Positions 1 to 12,257 of a DNA stretch of 64,000 nt are shown here, in pieces. The translations under genes and the position numbers were made by a program. This DNA comes from Albugo candida (taxonomy: Eukaryota): contig JBDOQK010000028.1 in assembly GCA_040437565.1 (NCBI GenBank), forward strand, positions 186,001-250,000, given 5' to 3'. The notes beneath the pieces were generated by a model. It was not told the DNA's origin. It made no database searches and saw nothing but the letters and a program-made list of their open reading frames with translations. Within the stretch, counting starts at the first letter, position 1, and every line of letters starts with the position of its first letter.

Positions 1-873
1 ATCGAGGCCGCATACCAATCGCAACCAAAAAATAATAAAAGTACATGACAGCATGAACAGAGTAATTCATCGCGGCGAACGAGATACCACTGAATCGGAG
101 AGAACATTATTTATCTGACATGGTCGCTTTTCATGTCAGCTCGATCAAACCTTGCAGATGTGGAGGCAAACGCGTGCCAACAAAACAGTAGAACCGTCAC
201 ATGATGGTACCAATGTAAGAATATAAGGGGTTTTTTTCGGAGCACTATGAATAAGGTATCGAATAATTCAGGGATCTAATCAGATATTCCATGGCAACGG
301 ATACGTTACTGTGGTGCATAACCAATCACAAGCAAAGATAGCTGTGCGTTACTTTGGAGAAGATAAACAAGGTGATCCAGAGCCCCACGTGCCCTTTGTC
401 GTAAAGCTTGACTGGATCGGCGCAAACACCGACATAAGCGCCACGATTGTACAGTAAATTGAGCAGTGGCGGCACGGTTCGGATGCTCCCAATGCCACTG
501 AATATGGCTAGTAGTAGATTCCATGAGGCCAATGCACTGCACAAGAAGCTGAATACACCCCGAGACAACTCATTTTGAAAGATTCACTATACAAACGCAA
601 GTTGTATGGTTTTCGCCCTTCCATATAGCGACGCCCAGCAAATATTGCAAAGCAATAGAGTAGACTCAATGCAAGCACGTGCGCTATAGTTCCTTTGCAG
701 AATTCTATAGCAGGGGCTGAAACCTGTGGTATTCACATAAGACATGAGGCAAATCACACAGCAATAGTTGCAAAGTTGTTGCAATCACACAATCCTACCC
801 AATTTCGTTCAAAAGTAAGAACCGGTAAATGCGGAAGGGGTCCATTCGTGGATTCAAGTAAGCGCATATCCAT
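1..873 (-). CDS. Fatty acid elongase (ELO/GNS1/SUR4 family), multi-exon, 3' end runs off the window
   Basis: Spliced translation [13 protein letters not shown] / ..[13 protein letters not shown] / ..[20 protein letters not shown] / [29 protein letters not shown] contains the ELO KxxExxDT and HxxHH motifs (HWYHH at 201-215). Confidence 0.92.
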
Positions 874-1056
874 TAATGCGGTATTTGTTTGCCAGCCAGT
901 ACAAAACTTTTCTATATTTTCAAGGATGAAGGCCCTGAGCTTGTGTTCTCCTTCTAATTGTTATCCCCATTAATAGCCTATACTGAAACGACATGACAGA
1001 GCCGACTTCTTCGGTAAACGATCATTCACGGTTGCAAAAACGTATCGGTCGAAGCT

Positions 1057-2727
1057 ATGAATGAAATCCAGGCCCATAACATGGTTTGTAGCCAACTTGA
1101 TCCATTCTACTTGTCATTATTACGATATCGGCAGCGAAGATTCAAAGAATCCGCTACAATGTGCAGTATGATCTTAGCTCAGAATCCTCACGACCAGGTA
1201 CCAGCTACGCTCACGTACATCATTCACACAATCGTAATCCGTTTGTAACGACAATAGGCTGTGTGGATCACCAAAGTTCGAGCACTGACTCAAGGAAGTT
1301 ATGTTGATGACACTGAATTGGAGGTGGAAGGAGCATCCGATTTACTGATGGATGACAACGTACTTGCTTCCGTACCAAGACCAGGAACATCACTTGGTCG
1401 TCCGTCTACACAATCAAAATCGCAGGCTGTGAATTCCTGCTTACGTCCGACTTCTTTGGCAGGGAGGCCCCTTACTGGATTTACACGGCCTGGTACAAAT
1501 TTCAGACCTAATACAAAAGGAATTACTATCGACGAAGCACTTCAAGGCACGCGGCCTGGTACTTCTCGCCCTAATACTTCATTTGGTCGTCAAATCCGCC
1601 TCGGGACCGCTCCAATACAGACAGAGAATCAGAGTTCTTTTATTGATGTCGACATGCTTGATCTCAAACGTCATGCCTCGAAGCCAGTCATTGCTAAATT
1701 ACTGGTTGATTATCTCTTATATCATGAGCGTAATCCGAGAAGAGCATTGGAGCTAGCTTCAGAAGCCACCGTAGCTTCTAATTATAAAGATTGGTGGTGG
1801 AAAGCTCGACTGGGCAAATGTTATTATCACCTGGGGCTGTTGCGAGATGCAGAGAAGCAACTCTGTTCAGCCTTGCGTAATCAGGAAATGATGGTATGTT
1901 ATTTGGAGCTTTGCAAAGTATATATTCGAATGGATCAACCAAATAAAGCACTAGAATATTTTGAAACCGCCCGACAGAGATTCCCTCAAGATGTGAACAT
2001 CTTGCTTGGAATAGCTCGAGTAAATGACATGCTTCAAGACATTGACCAGTCCACCGCGTGTTACAAGGAGGTTCTTAAAGTGGAAGCATGTAATGTAGAA
2101 GCAATAGCTTGCTTGGCATCCAACTATTTCTACACAGATCATCCTGAAATCGCAGTAGGATATTACAGGCGATTATTGCAAATGGGCGTCAACACTGCTG
2201 AACTCTGGTGTAATATTGGACTTTGTTGCTTCTATGCTTCCTTGTATGACATGACGTTATCATGCTTCGACCGGGCTTTATACATGGCATCAGATGATTG
2301 TATGGCTGATATCTGGTATAATATAGGTCACGTGGCAATTGGTATTGGCGATTTTGGGCTGGCCTATCAGGCTTATAAAATCGCTGTAGCTACGGATAGC
2401 AATCATGCAGAGGCATATAACAATTTGGGCGTTCTGGAAGCTCGAAAAGGAAATGCTGTGCAAGCTCAATCAAACTATGTGACCGCTGATAATCTGGCAT
2501 GCTATCTGTACGAGCCTACCTATAATCAAGGTACCTCTAGTGATATCTTCCTACATTGGTGATATTGCTCACTGACAGTTATACCTGATGTAGCATTGCT
2601 CGAATACACGGACGGGAATTTTCAGAAGGCATATGTCAGGGTCAATGAAGCACTTCGTAGGAATGCAAATCACGGTGATTCTATAGAATTGAAAAAGTAT
2701 CTCCAGAGTCTATTAGTATCAGTTTGA
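1057..2727 (+). CDS. BBS8: Bardet-Biedl syndrome 8 / TTC8 TPR protein (BBSome), 3 exons (1057-1197, 1258-2530, 2593-2727)
   Basis: RPGTS repeats, RQIRLGTA, DWWWKARLGKCYY and a TPR array (AELWCNIGLCC, ADIWYNIGHVA, AEAYNNLGVL). Both introns are GT-AG. Confidence 0.93.
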
Positions 2728-2821
2728 GCTAAACATGGTTAAACTCTGAGTGACATAGCAATACGTTGATCAAGCCAAAAGCAATCGAAGCGTATAGGTC
2801 GCCATTTATGTTGAAACTTAC

Positions 2822-3781
2822 TTACAAAAAATAGTCTGGGGTTCGTTTTTTCTCATTGAATGTACTATCACGAGGGGCTGGATCGAACTGGATGAATTTA
2901 CACGTGTCGTAGACTTTGTCACCAGCGCGATCGCACATGACTTCATCGATTTCCATCAAAGCAGCTTGATTACCGCAACGATAACAGTAATTGGGGGCAC
3001 TGAAAATAGTGACCACTCCGCGATTATGTGTCCATTGATAACCTTCCATAACAAGTTGATGTGCGCGGGCTATGAACGTTAAACCATTGCTACGTTTGAA
3101 TTGTTCAGTGATGTCTTGGCCAAACGTATATCCAGCTCCTCTAGGTGATACACCCCATCCACTGCGATCGTCCGGGTCTGACCAAACAAGATCACACATG
3201 GGCCCTTCGTGCGGCACTTCTTGGACACGATCTAATGAGCGAGCATGGTCTAGAGTATCGATCGAAGGAGAGAGACCACCATGCATACAGAAGACTCGAT
3301 TTTCAATTAACGCAGTCATGGGAAGATGATCGAATAAGTCAGTGAAATACTTCCACACATTTGCGTTCCCATACTTCCTCAAACACTCATCATAAAAACC
3401 ATACACTTGAGTGATCTGACGACTCTCATGATTACCTCTCAAGATAGTGATTCGCTCTCGATATCGCACCTTTAATGCGACCAGCAATGTAACACTTTCT
3501 AAGGAATAATACCCGCGGTCCACATAATCGCCCATGAAGAGATAATTCGTGTCGGGACAATTTCCACCAATTCGGAATAGCTCGAGTAAATCATAAAATT
3601 GACCGTGAATGTCACCACACACGGTTACGGGGCACTTTACGGGCTGGACATTCGACTCCGATGCTAAGATTTCTTTTCCTTTTTGACAGAGATCGAAAAT
3701 TTCGTTTTCACCAAGATTTTCAGCGCGACAAAGACGTTCAATCTGTGCATCCAAAGCTTTAATGTCGCCTCTGGAATCCAT
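2822..3781 (-). CDS. PP2A-C: Ser/Thr protein phosphatase 2A catalytic subunit, intronless
   Basis: GDIHG, GDYVDRG, RGNHE and [11 protein letters not shown] motifs, plus the C-terminal TPDYFL tail. ATG at 3781 (the track start at 3790 is TTG). Confidence 0.96.
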   Translation of the reverse strand: MDSRGDIKALDAQIERLCRAENLGENEIFDLCQKGKEILASESNVQPVKCPVTVCGDIHGQFYDLLELFRIGGNCPDTNYLFMGDYVDRGYYSLESVTLLVALKVRYRERITILRGNHESRQITQVYGFYDECLRKYGNANVWKYFTDLFDHLPMTALIENRVFCMHGGLSPSIDTLDHARSLDRVQEVPHEGPMCDLVWSDPDDRSGWGVSPRGAGYTFGQDITEQFKRSNGLTFIARAHQLVMEGYQWTHNRGVVTIFSAPNYCYRCGNQAALMEIDEVMCDRAGDKVYDTCKFIQFDPAPRDSTFNEKKRTPDYFL

Positions 3782-3821
3782 CTCTATCAAGGCGACTGAA
3801 TAGCTGCTGTGAAACTGGCGT

Positions 3822-3828
3822 AAAATGA
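3822..3828 (-). promoter_or_regulatory. Possible oomycete-type initiator (Inr, YCAYTYY) upstream of PP2A-C
   Basis: Minus strand reads ACTCATTTTACGCCAGTTTC about 40 nt before the ATG. The motif is short and may be chance. Confidence 0.3.
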
Positions 3829-3957
3829 GTAAAAAAGTCGCCGAAGTACGTCACAATTCCTTTAAGGGAGGAAGGCGATATACCGTGATAGATTGCACGC
3901 ACGTAATTGACGTACGGGCGAACTTAGCAGTAGAGCTTTCAAGAGACGCAATTCGTC

Positions 3958-5456
3958 ATGGCAAACGCCCGTGCTTCGCGGTACGAAGGAACGGCTAAAG
4001 ATGAAGAGGTAGAAGCCTTGTCGGCGAAATTGAGGGAAAATCTGAGAATGAATATTCGATATATGGTGCAGCAACTTGCTTCACTCTTACTCTATCACGC
4101 ATTTTAATGCACCTGACAGGCAGATTACGAGGTTTTATCGGAAGCTTGGATTGACATGGCAAAGCAGATTGAGAGAGTTGGAGAGATTACTGAGATGGTA
4201 TCCATTTCTAGCATGATTCAACACACAAGGATCTGATGGAGGTATACCAGGAGCGGAATTTGCCCAAGGCCAAGGGTGTGACTGTGTGGGAATGCGAGGA
4301 AGTTGCTCTTCGGTAGTTTTCGTTGCATCTCGGTATTGACTTATCGCTGACTTTTTGTTTATCAAAGTTATCTATTGGAAGATGGAAAATTGAATTTGTT
4401 CGGTATAGATTAAACGAGTTCCGCTCAGCTTACATTCTTCATGCCTAGATGCTTGCGCAACCTTATTGCTTACAATGAATTTTTGAGAGCATCAGATTCA
4501 CTTTCTCAGCAGATGACTGTAATTTCTCACCTTCTGCCTTCCATCTCTTTTTTCTTAATCTAGTGTCCTGGAAGCGTGAGATGCAGGACGCCATGCATCA
4601 GTTTGAAAAAGGAATGGGACTGACACTGAAGAATGCTTGGTTCCATGCAGAAGCCGTGCATGTAAGCACTGTGTTGAATAACATTTTATTCTAAGATGAG
4701 ATCGACTTTTGAAGATAACAGACTTGCCCAAGTTAGTCGAATACGTGCACACTGTACTACAATGTGCTGTCCAAAAGCCAAATGTGAGTCATACCGTCTT
4801 CCATGCCTCGAGATGGCTGCTTTTCTCAATCCATCGAGCCTTTCAAGATTTTGAAAGAAAAAGAGATGGAGCCTTGTCAAGAGATAAGTGTCATTTATTA
4901 TCTACTTGGAATCACAAAGCAGTTGGAAAGTATGGACGAAAGCAGGTTTGCCCCAAAGATCAGATCATCACATATTGTTGATACATGATCCCGTAGGTTG
5001 GTTCCTTTGTTTGTGGAGGAGAAGATATTCCAGCTTCTCACAAAGCACCTAGTGCTCCAATTTCACTTATTACAAGTACGTTAATGACATATGCGAAATT
5101 CTAAATTGTCGACACTTGAACTAGGAGGATACCGTGCTGGCTGCTTTGGATACGTTGAGCTTGATGTGTGGTACAGAACACTTTCAATCTCACCCTGTAA
5201 ATTTCGAAATATGCCGAAAGGTTCTGCGCATTGCAAATTCATGTGTCTACTGTAGGAAGATTATCTCGATTCAGATGATGTTGCATCAGCTCTGTGGATG
5301 ATTCGTGGTAAGTCCTACTTAGTGAACATTTGGTGAAAAAGAGCTCATAAGTGGATCGATGAGCTAGACATAATTCTCCCAAAATATGTTCACGATGCGG
5401 ATTATCGACGCCGATTTCGTGCGCTGCTGGATCGAATTCAGTTGACTCGGAATTAG
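3958..5456 (+). CDS. Multi-exon hypothetical protein, probably helical
   Basis: Short protein-like exons separated by GT..AG introns: MANARASRYEG..NIRYM / ADYEVLSEAWIDMAKQ.. / DLMEVYQERNLPK.. / ITDLPKLVEYV.. / EPCQEISVIYYL.., ending ..LLDRIQLTRN* at 5456. Family not recognised. Confidence 0.55.
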
Positions 5457-5614
5457 TCCTGGATTATATAATTACATAAAGAGGTACTCGAAAAGCATAT
5501 TACCCGCATACTACACAGGAAAGAAAAAGTAATAATATAAACGTACGAAAGCCAAACCTCCCACGCCAGATTTTTCGAATTCAAGCTCAAATCACATCGA
5601 CATTGGATGGTGGC

Positions 5615-6980
5615 ATGAGTGCTCATGACCCAACGATTTATACTTTGATGCTGACAATAATTTGTTTCTCTCTGTTGATTTTTTTGCTCATGCAATTACT
5701 AATCTCACTGTACAATAAAAACAAGATATTTTCGTGGGCAACATGTTTCCATGTGCTGTGTTTATTATGGACCATATTAAGGTCAGCGTATTGGATACGA
5801 ATTCAAAGTCGATATGAGATGACTTATCTGGAGCTCTATTTACTTTATTGGTTCCCCACACCCATTCAGTAAGCAAAAAAGGACGAGCTTCTATCCGCCG
5901 ATGTGTGAATATGTCAATTGTAGATTCGCCAATTTTTCATTACTGATCCTGTTTTATATTCAAGTTCTCACGGGCAAGCAATGGCAGCTCAAGTGGCGCA
6001 CGATATGTCTGCCGTTATATCTAGTGTTGACAATGTCGATGGCAACATTCACAGTCGTTTGGGCTCTAAACTCCTCAAACGATCTTGACAATGCTGTACA
6101 ATTTGGAGACAAATATGACGAGGAATTTTACAAAGTGATGGGAGTTCGAGTTCAATTGGAATACTCTGCATTTTCTTTTTTCTTGTTAGGTACACTGTTT
6201 GGTCTTTTCGGGTGGAAGCTTATCAATGTAAGTTTATTTGATCGTCGATGCACGCATGGTCCTACCAGACTCAAGATTCGACCATTTGATAGATCGAAAG
6301 GTGGAAGCAGAGACGTTTATTGGTATCTAGGCCCAGGGTACGTAAAATGGTGGAACTTTTTGCTCGTTCGATAAGCAACCCATATGCGATGCTAGAAATC
6401 AATTGTTTTGTGACGGGATGTACATTGGTAGAATCTGGCCGTGATCAATTGCTTGTTGTTCTTTATATTTGTCACTCGGGGTATGAGAGACTTGGCTACT
6501 TCAAAAAACTGGCTTCTTGGTATATGGAATCAGCTAGAAATGTACAACAGGGTCACCACATTCGCCTATTTCATATTTTTCTGCTTTTGGGAATTTCTGC
6601 CCACAATTTTACTATTGTGTCTCCTCACAACTAAAGCGGGTGGTGTTGGAGGTAAAAATTCCTATCAATTTACGACAATGCATTTTATCTGTATCGCTTT
6701 CGTAGCTCCACGGCGCCGTTCATCGAATGCACGGAAACTTCCTGACTTTGGTATTTTCCATATCATTATTGCTGGACGGGGAAAGAATGAAGGAAAATGG
6801 ATGGCGAGTCCTTTAACGCACTCCTATGGGAGCACACGGATGGCATCATCTTCATTGCTGGCTCGAAAACAACCCTTCAGTGATTTTTCTTCCTTTTCTC
6901 ATCGCCCAGTGATTCAGCAGCCGCATTGGATACACTCTGACGGTGATGAGAATTACACTTCAAATACTTGTCAATTATAA
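5615..6980 (+). CDS. Multi-pass (about 7-TM) membrane protein, GPR137/TOM1-THH1-like, multi-exon
   Basis: Hydrophobic helices across three ORFs: FHVLCLLWTILR, YWFPTPIQ|FANFSLLILFY and FFCFWEFLPT, resembling the GPR137/THH1 pattern. Confidence 0.7.
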
Positions 6981-7095
6981 ATTTTGTTACTGGCTGTATT
7001 GGGCTGAAGAGCATTAGAAAAAATATCTTGGATATGATAGCATCAATGATAGGATGTACATAGATATATCAATACAATACGCAATACCTTTTGCT

Positions 7096-8841
7096 TCATA
7101 GAGATTTATACATAGAATCTGGTGTGTTTGGCAACCCTAACAGAGTCATGCGGAGCTTTTGAGCTGAACAACTCGTTGCAGTACCGGTGGCCGTGGCTAC
7201 CTCTGTATCTCTGGATGGCCCATGAATTGAGAATTGTGTTGTGCGCGTCTCCGACTGATTCATGGGTTCTGTGGCAAAATATACAATTTCTTGGTCCATT
7301 TGCTGCGGCTTTACCTTCTCCACGGGTGATGAAGTGGCGGTCTGATACCCATTGATTTTCGCGAATAATACCCGCAGTATGCGCTCCCGTTCTTCCCAGC
7401 TCAATTTTCTCAAGTCTACGTCGCACTGCTTGCGGATGTCGCTGACTGTGAGGCCATGTGTCGGTTTTTCCATCTCAGCATCACCATTCAGAGATCTCGG
7501 TGAAAGATGTGGGAATCGTATTCGGCCAGCTTGTGCCGGCTCTGCTGCTTTCATTTTAGCGTTATAAATTCGCAATGCCTGCTGAGCACAGAAGTGCTTG
7601 GCTTCAGTTTCTTGCCTACGCTCGCGTACAAGCTCTAGTCGGACCTGTTCGATTGATTCTAGTAAGAATTTCTCGACAAGGGTCCGCTGATCCAAAACTG
7701 TCTGACTCAAACGTCTTAGCTGGCGCAATTCCTTGTTTTTCAAAAATACCAGCTGCCTTAGGCCCTCTACATCGATAGCCTTGTCCTCTATAGCTTTGGT
7801 GACCTTGTTCTCTTGCGTGTGCTGATAGTGCTCAAATGCTTGCATGCTTTGACTCAGCTGTACTTGTGTTTCCTTCACCTGCTTTTGTAGCTGACGAATT
7901 ACTCTTTGCTGCTTTCCTGCCTGGCTTGCATACTCGTGCTCTTTGTCGTGGGATATTTGCAATTCCAGCGCGAGCTTTCTGACTTGTTCCTCTCGTTCTT
8001 GTTTGTCTCTGTGCAGCTCCTCAGTGATCTGTAACTGGAATTGTAATTCTGCTTTCATTCGCCTATTATCTGATATAATTTTTCTCGTATCAGCATCCAG
8101 TCCATTCCGTGCATCCTCTCTAGCTTGTTGCTTCACAAGGTCGAATTTTCGTTCGTAATCTCGCTGCAGTTTTGACTTTTCTTCGAGATTATGACGTTCG
8201 GAATCCAACAATGATTTTTCGAATGACTCCCGCTCTTGCTTCAAAAGTTCCTGTAGTTCATTCATTTCTGCATGCAACGAGTTTTTGAGATCTCGAAAAG
8301 GTTCCAGTTGCTGAACATCTTTGCGTAATTCAACCACTTCCTGGTTCCATTGATCTCGTTGTGTCCTATGATTATCTTCAGCTTGTGCGAGTAGAGATGC
8401 CTTGCTATGTTTCAAAGCCATAACCTCTGTAGCGTATTTAAGCTTGGAAACGGCCAACTTTTCGGAAAATTGCGCCACTTTCATATCTCGCTTATGAATT
8501 TCCTGCTGAAGATAGCACACCACCTCGTTTGACTCTTGCTCTCGTTTTCGTTGCATTTCGGTCAAGCTCTGATTTTCTGTTTGCAATTCTGTGACTCGAA
8601 GCATCAGAAGCTGTAATTGATCGGTGTGGATTTGCTGATCAAGGATTTCTAGAGGTGATAATTGAAAAGTAGCTACTTTGGATTGTAAACTTATTTTTCG
8701 GTCAATTGCAGCCTTTTCCTCAGACTGTTGTTTATTCATCAGCTCAGAAACCGCCATAGCTAATTGTTTACTCTGCAACGTCGACTTCTTGACGTCCAAT
8801 TTGTCAGCTTGTACTGCATCATCTATCTGAGCAGCATTCAT
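7096..8841 (-). CDS. BBOF1: Basal body orientation factor 1 / CCDC176-like coiled-coil protein
   Basis: 581-aa coiled coil with LRRLSQTVLDQRTLVEKFLLESI and VDLRKLSWEERERILRVLFAKIN, blocks typical of BBOF1/CCDC176. Confidence 0.78.
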   Translation of the reverse strand: MNAAQIDDAVQADKLDVKKSTLQSKQLAMAVSELMNKQQSEEKAAIDRKISLQSKVATFQLSPLEILDQQIHTDQLQLLMLRVTELQTENQSLTEMQRKREQESNEVVCYLQQEIHKRDMKVAQFSEKLAVSKLKYATEVMALKHSKASLLAQAEDNHRTQRDQWNQEVVELRKDVQQLEPFRDLKNSLHAEMNELQELLKQERESFEKSLLDSERHNLEEKSKLQRDYERKFDLVKQQAREDARNGLDADTRKIISDNRRMKAELQFQLQITEELHRDKQEREEQVRKLALELQISHDKEHEYASQAGKQQRVIRQLQKQVKETQVQLSQSMQAFEHYQHTQENKVTKAIEDKAIDVEGLRQLVFLKNKELRQLRRLSQTVLDQRTLVEKFLLESIEQVRLELVRERRQETEAKHFCAQQALRIYNAKMKAAEPAQAGRIRFPHLSPRSLNGDAEMEKPTHGLTVSDIRKQCDVDLRKLSWEERERILRVLFAKINGYQTATSSPVEKVKPQQMDQEIVYFATEPMNQSETRTTQFSIHGPSRDTEVATATGTATSCSAQKLRMTLLGLPNTPDSMYKSL

Positions 8842-9023
8842 GAATTCGATTTATCCACCTGAGGTTTGTTTATCGTCTGCGGAACAAATTTAGAGCAAAT
8901 CCAGAATTAGAATGCTTTGTGAATTCAGCCGTCAACGATTCGATCGACATTTAGCGGCGGAGCTTAACCAGCTCAGTTGAGGCTTGCAAACAAACGAAAT
9001 GGATACGGAAGAGAGACACAGAG

Positions 9024-10631
9024 ATGCAGGAAACGATTAGAGCAGCAATGAGAATCAATAGCAAATTGCCCAAGAGCCAAAGACAGATATTTTCATCTCA
9101 TTTTAACCTGAATATTAGCCTCTATCGCCAAAATATGGCGCAACTAAAGGTAACTAAAGCATCAGGACTAAACTCAAAGTATCCAAGCATAGCCGACGTA
9201 GAACCAGCATCGGTATTAGACGATGTTTTCGCAGCGTTGACAGTCAATAAGCGCTGCTTTCGACTTGCAGGGAATGAAATTTCTGTCTTATCCTCACCAC
9301 GAGCATTCTTTGAGAGCTTGCTCGAGAATATAAGCACTGCGGAGCGCAAAATTTCAGTTTCATCCTTGTATATCGGAACGGGAGATCTTGAAAGAAAGCT
9401 TGTAGACTGCTTGCGCGCTCGACTTGATGCCAATCCAAACGTCAAAGCTCAAATCGTACTGGATTACGCTCGCGCACAGCGAAATGGTCCCGCTGGTTCA
9501 TCAGTGGGACTCCTTCTCCCACTGATAGAAGAATTTCCGCGTCAAATAGAGCTTAATTTGTACAGAGTACCTCAACTTGAAGGCTGGAAACGAATGCTCC
9601 CTTCACCATGGAACGAGATATTTGGAGTCTCGCACAGCAAAGTTTATGCAGTAGATAACAAAGTGATCATCAGCGGGGCAAACTTGAGCGAGGAATACTT
9701 CTCGAATCGACAAGATCGATACATTCAGATCAATGACATTCTAGAGCATAACTTGGCGCACTTTTATCATAATCTGGTGGATCTGATTTCAACCTTCAGT
9801 TTACGTGTGATGACAGAACCAACGGGACAGTATCGGCTACTTAAGCAAGCCAAGCAATCAAAGGAGTCTTCGTTCCAGACTCGACTGAATGATTTAATGA
9901 AATGTGACCAGCAAATGGAATCTCAGACAGATAAATCAGTGGAGGGCACCATCTTCGATACTTGGGCTATTCCTACATTTCAATTTGGACCGTTAGGGAT
10001 CACGTCAGACGAAGAGGTTCTATTTCGATTACTTAATACCTTACCGGCCGAGACCAAGCTTGACATCGCAACTGGTTACTTGAATCTCTCGCCAGTATTT
10101 GAAAAATACTTACTGGAGTGTAAGCCTCGATTGCAAGTCATCACTGCAGCTCCTAGTGCAAACGGATTTCACCGAGCAAAACGTGTTAGAGCCACCATCC
10201 CAACCATGTACTCTATGATCGAGAAGCAGTTCTATGGGAAGCTCTGCGGAGCAGCTTCGGATAGCATGAAGATACTACGTGAATATAGTCGTCCGGGATG
10301 GACATTTCATGGCAAAGGAATGTGGATCACCCCAGTAAAATCGGGTTCTGTGAAGAGCAAATGCTCCAATTCGGCACTTTCAGTATTTGGAAGCTCAAAT
10401 TTTGGACTTCGGTCATTTGGCCGTGACATGGAGGCGCAGCTTTATGTTTATACCAAGAATCCCGTATTATGTTCTTTATTGGAGCATGAGAGAACAAGAA
10501 CAATTGCCCACACGGAAGTTGTAGCAGATCATATCTGGAATCGTCCCGATCGTAAACTAAATAGCTTCTTCAGCTGGAAACAAGGGAAGTGGATACGCCC
10601 TTTAGTGAAATATATTCGTCCGTATCTATGA
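9024..10631 (+). CDS. PGS1: CDP-DAG--glycerol-3-phosphate 3-phosphatidyltransferase (PLD superfamily)
   Basis: SSLYIG, HSKVYAVD..SGANLS..YFSNRQDRY, and a second HKD-like site WTFHGKG..GSSNFGLRS..RDMEAQ. The true start may be a later ATG. Confidence 0.92.
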   Translation: MQETIRAAMRINSKLPKSQRQIFSSHFNLNISLYRQNMAQLKVTKASGLNSKYPSIADVEPASVLDDVFAALTVNKRCFRLAGNEISVLSSPRAFFESLLENISTAERKISVSSLYIGTGDLERKLVDCLRARLDANPNVKAQIVLDYARAQRNGPAGSSVGLLLPLIEEFPRQIELNLYRVPQLEGWKRMLPSPWNEIFGVSHSKVYAVDNKVIISGANLSEEYFSNRQDRYIQINDILEHNLAHFYHNLVDLISTFSLRVMTEPTGQYRLLKQAKQSKESSFQTRLNDLMKCDQQMESQTDKSVEGTIFDTWAIPTFQFGPLGITSDEEVLFRLLNTLPAETKLDIATGYLNLSPVFEKYLLECKPRLQVITAAPSANGFHRAKRVRATIPTMYSMIEKQFYGKLCGAASDSMKILREYSRPGWTFHGKGMWITPVKSGSVKSKCSNSALSVFGSSNFGLRSFGRDMEAQLYVYTKNPVLCSLLEHERTRTIAHTEVVADHIWNRPDRKLNSFFSWKQGKWIRPLVKYIRPYL

Positions 10632-12257
10632 TCGTGCGCGAAAAGCGGCCTAGGATACTTTATCTCAGTCGATATCAGTCGGAACTCAATACGATACGAA
10701 TTTGGTTACTTTCCGGTGCGGCCTCGTGACGATCGACTGGATTTGTTCAAGGGAAATATCTCTCACGTTGAAAGACAGCTCGAGCTCTTTTCGCATTGCC
10801 TGTGCCAATACTTCTGATCCGAAAATTTCTCCTTGCTCGTTTTTTTTCCAGTCTCGTATTACAAGCTCTCGTAGTGGAACTAGAAAATCCTGATGCGTTC
10901 GATGTTCTCGATATTTTGGCTGTCGGGCCGGATTATGCAACAGCTGCATTTTGATCGGGTCATAATCCCAAAGAAAAGATGTGTGATGAACCCATCGATT
11001 TTTGCCAATGCTTTGGGCGTTCCCGCCGCATTTTCGATCGCCAATCACGTAGTCATCTTCTTGCAATCGAAATTGGCTGCTAGGACATAATTGCTTGAAA
11101 AAAGGCTCGTAAAATGTTTCGGACCACTTCATGATATTCCTGGGGAATGGCAACACGTGTGGAAGCTTATTCTGGCATGAACACATATATAAGCAAGAAG
11201 TTTGTAGTGNNNNNNNNNNNNNNNNNNNNNNNNNNNNNNNNNNNNNNNNNNNNNNNNNNNNNNNNNNNNNNNNNNNNNNNNNNNNNNNNNNNNNNNNNNN
11301 NNNNNNNNNTAGCATGAAGATACTACGTGAATATAGTCGTCCGGGATGGACATTTCATGGCAAAGGAATGTGGATCACCCCAGTAAAATCGGGTTCTGTG
11401 AAGAGCAAATGCTCCAATTCGGCACTTTCAGTATTTGGAAGCTCAAATTTTGGACTTCGGTCATTTGGCCGTGACATGGAGGCGCAGCTTTATGTTTATA
11501 CCAAGAATCCCGTATTATGTTCTTTATTGGAGCATGAGAGAACAAGAACAATTGCCCACACGGAAGTTGTAGCAGATCATATCTGGAATCGTCCCGATCG
11601 TAAACTAAATAGCTTCTTCAGCTGGAAACAAGGGAAGTGGATACGCCCTTTAGTGAAATATATTCGTCCGTATCTATGATCGTGCGCGAAAAGCGGCCTA
11701 GGATACTTTATCTCAGTCGATATCAGTCGGAACTCAATACGATACGAATTTGGTTACTTTCCGGTGCGGCCTCGTGACGATCGACTGGATTTGTTCAAGG
11801 GAAATATCTCTCACGTTGAAAGACAGCTCGAGCTCTTTTCGCATTGCCTGTGCCAATACTTCTGATCCGAAAATTTCTCCTTGCTCGTTTTTTTTCCAGT
11901 CTCGTATTACAAGCTCTCGTAGTGGAACTAGAAAATCCTGATGCGTTCGATGTTCTCGATATTTTGGCTGTCGGGCCGGATTATGCAACAGCTGCATTTT
12001 GATCGGGTCATAATCCCAAAGAAAAGATGTGTGATGAACCCATCGATTTTTGCCAATGCTTTGGGCGTTCCCGCCGCATTTTCGATCGCCAATCACGTAG
12101 TCATCTTCTTGCAATCGAAATTGGCTGCTAGGACATAATTGCTTGAAAAAAGGCTCGTAAAATGTTTCGGACCACTTCATGATATTCCTGGGGAATGGCA
12201 ACACGTGTGGAAGCTTATTCTGGCATGAACACATATATAAGCAAGAAGTTTGTAGTG
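10262..12257 (+). repeat. 948-bp direct repeat (10262-11209 = 11310-12257) flanking the N gap 11210-11309; assembly overlap
   Basis: Constant offset of 1048 and identical ORF translations in both copies. Both copies end exactly at the gap edges. Confidence 0.93.

Noticed and set aside
1370..1580. RPGT/RPxT repeats as a novel repeat
   Set aside because: This is a known low-complexity feature of the BBS8 N-terminus.
10686..11679. Second copies of the LplA 3' part and PGS1 3' part as real paralogues
   Set aside because: They are identical to the other copies and bounded exactly by the N gap, so they are an assembly overlap.
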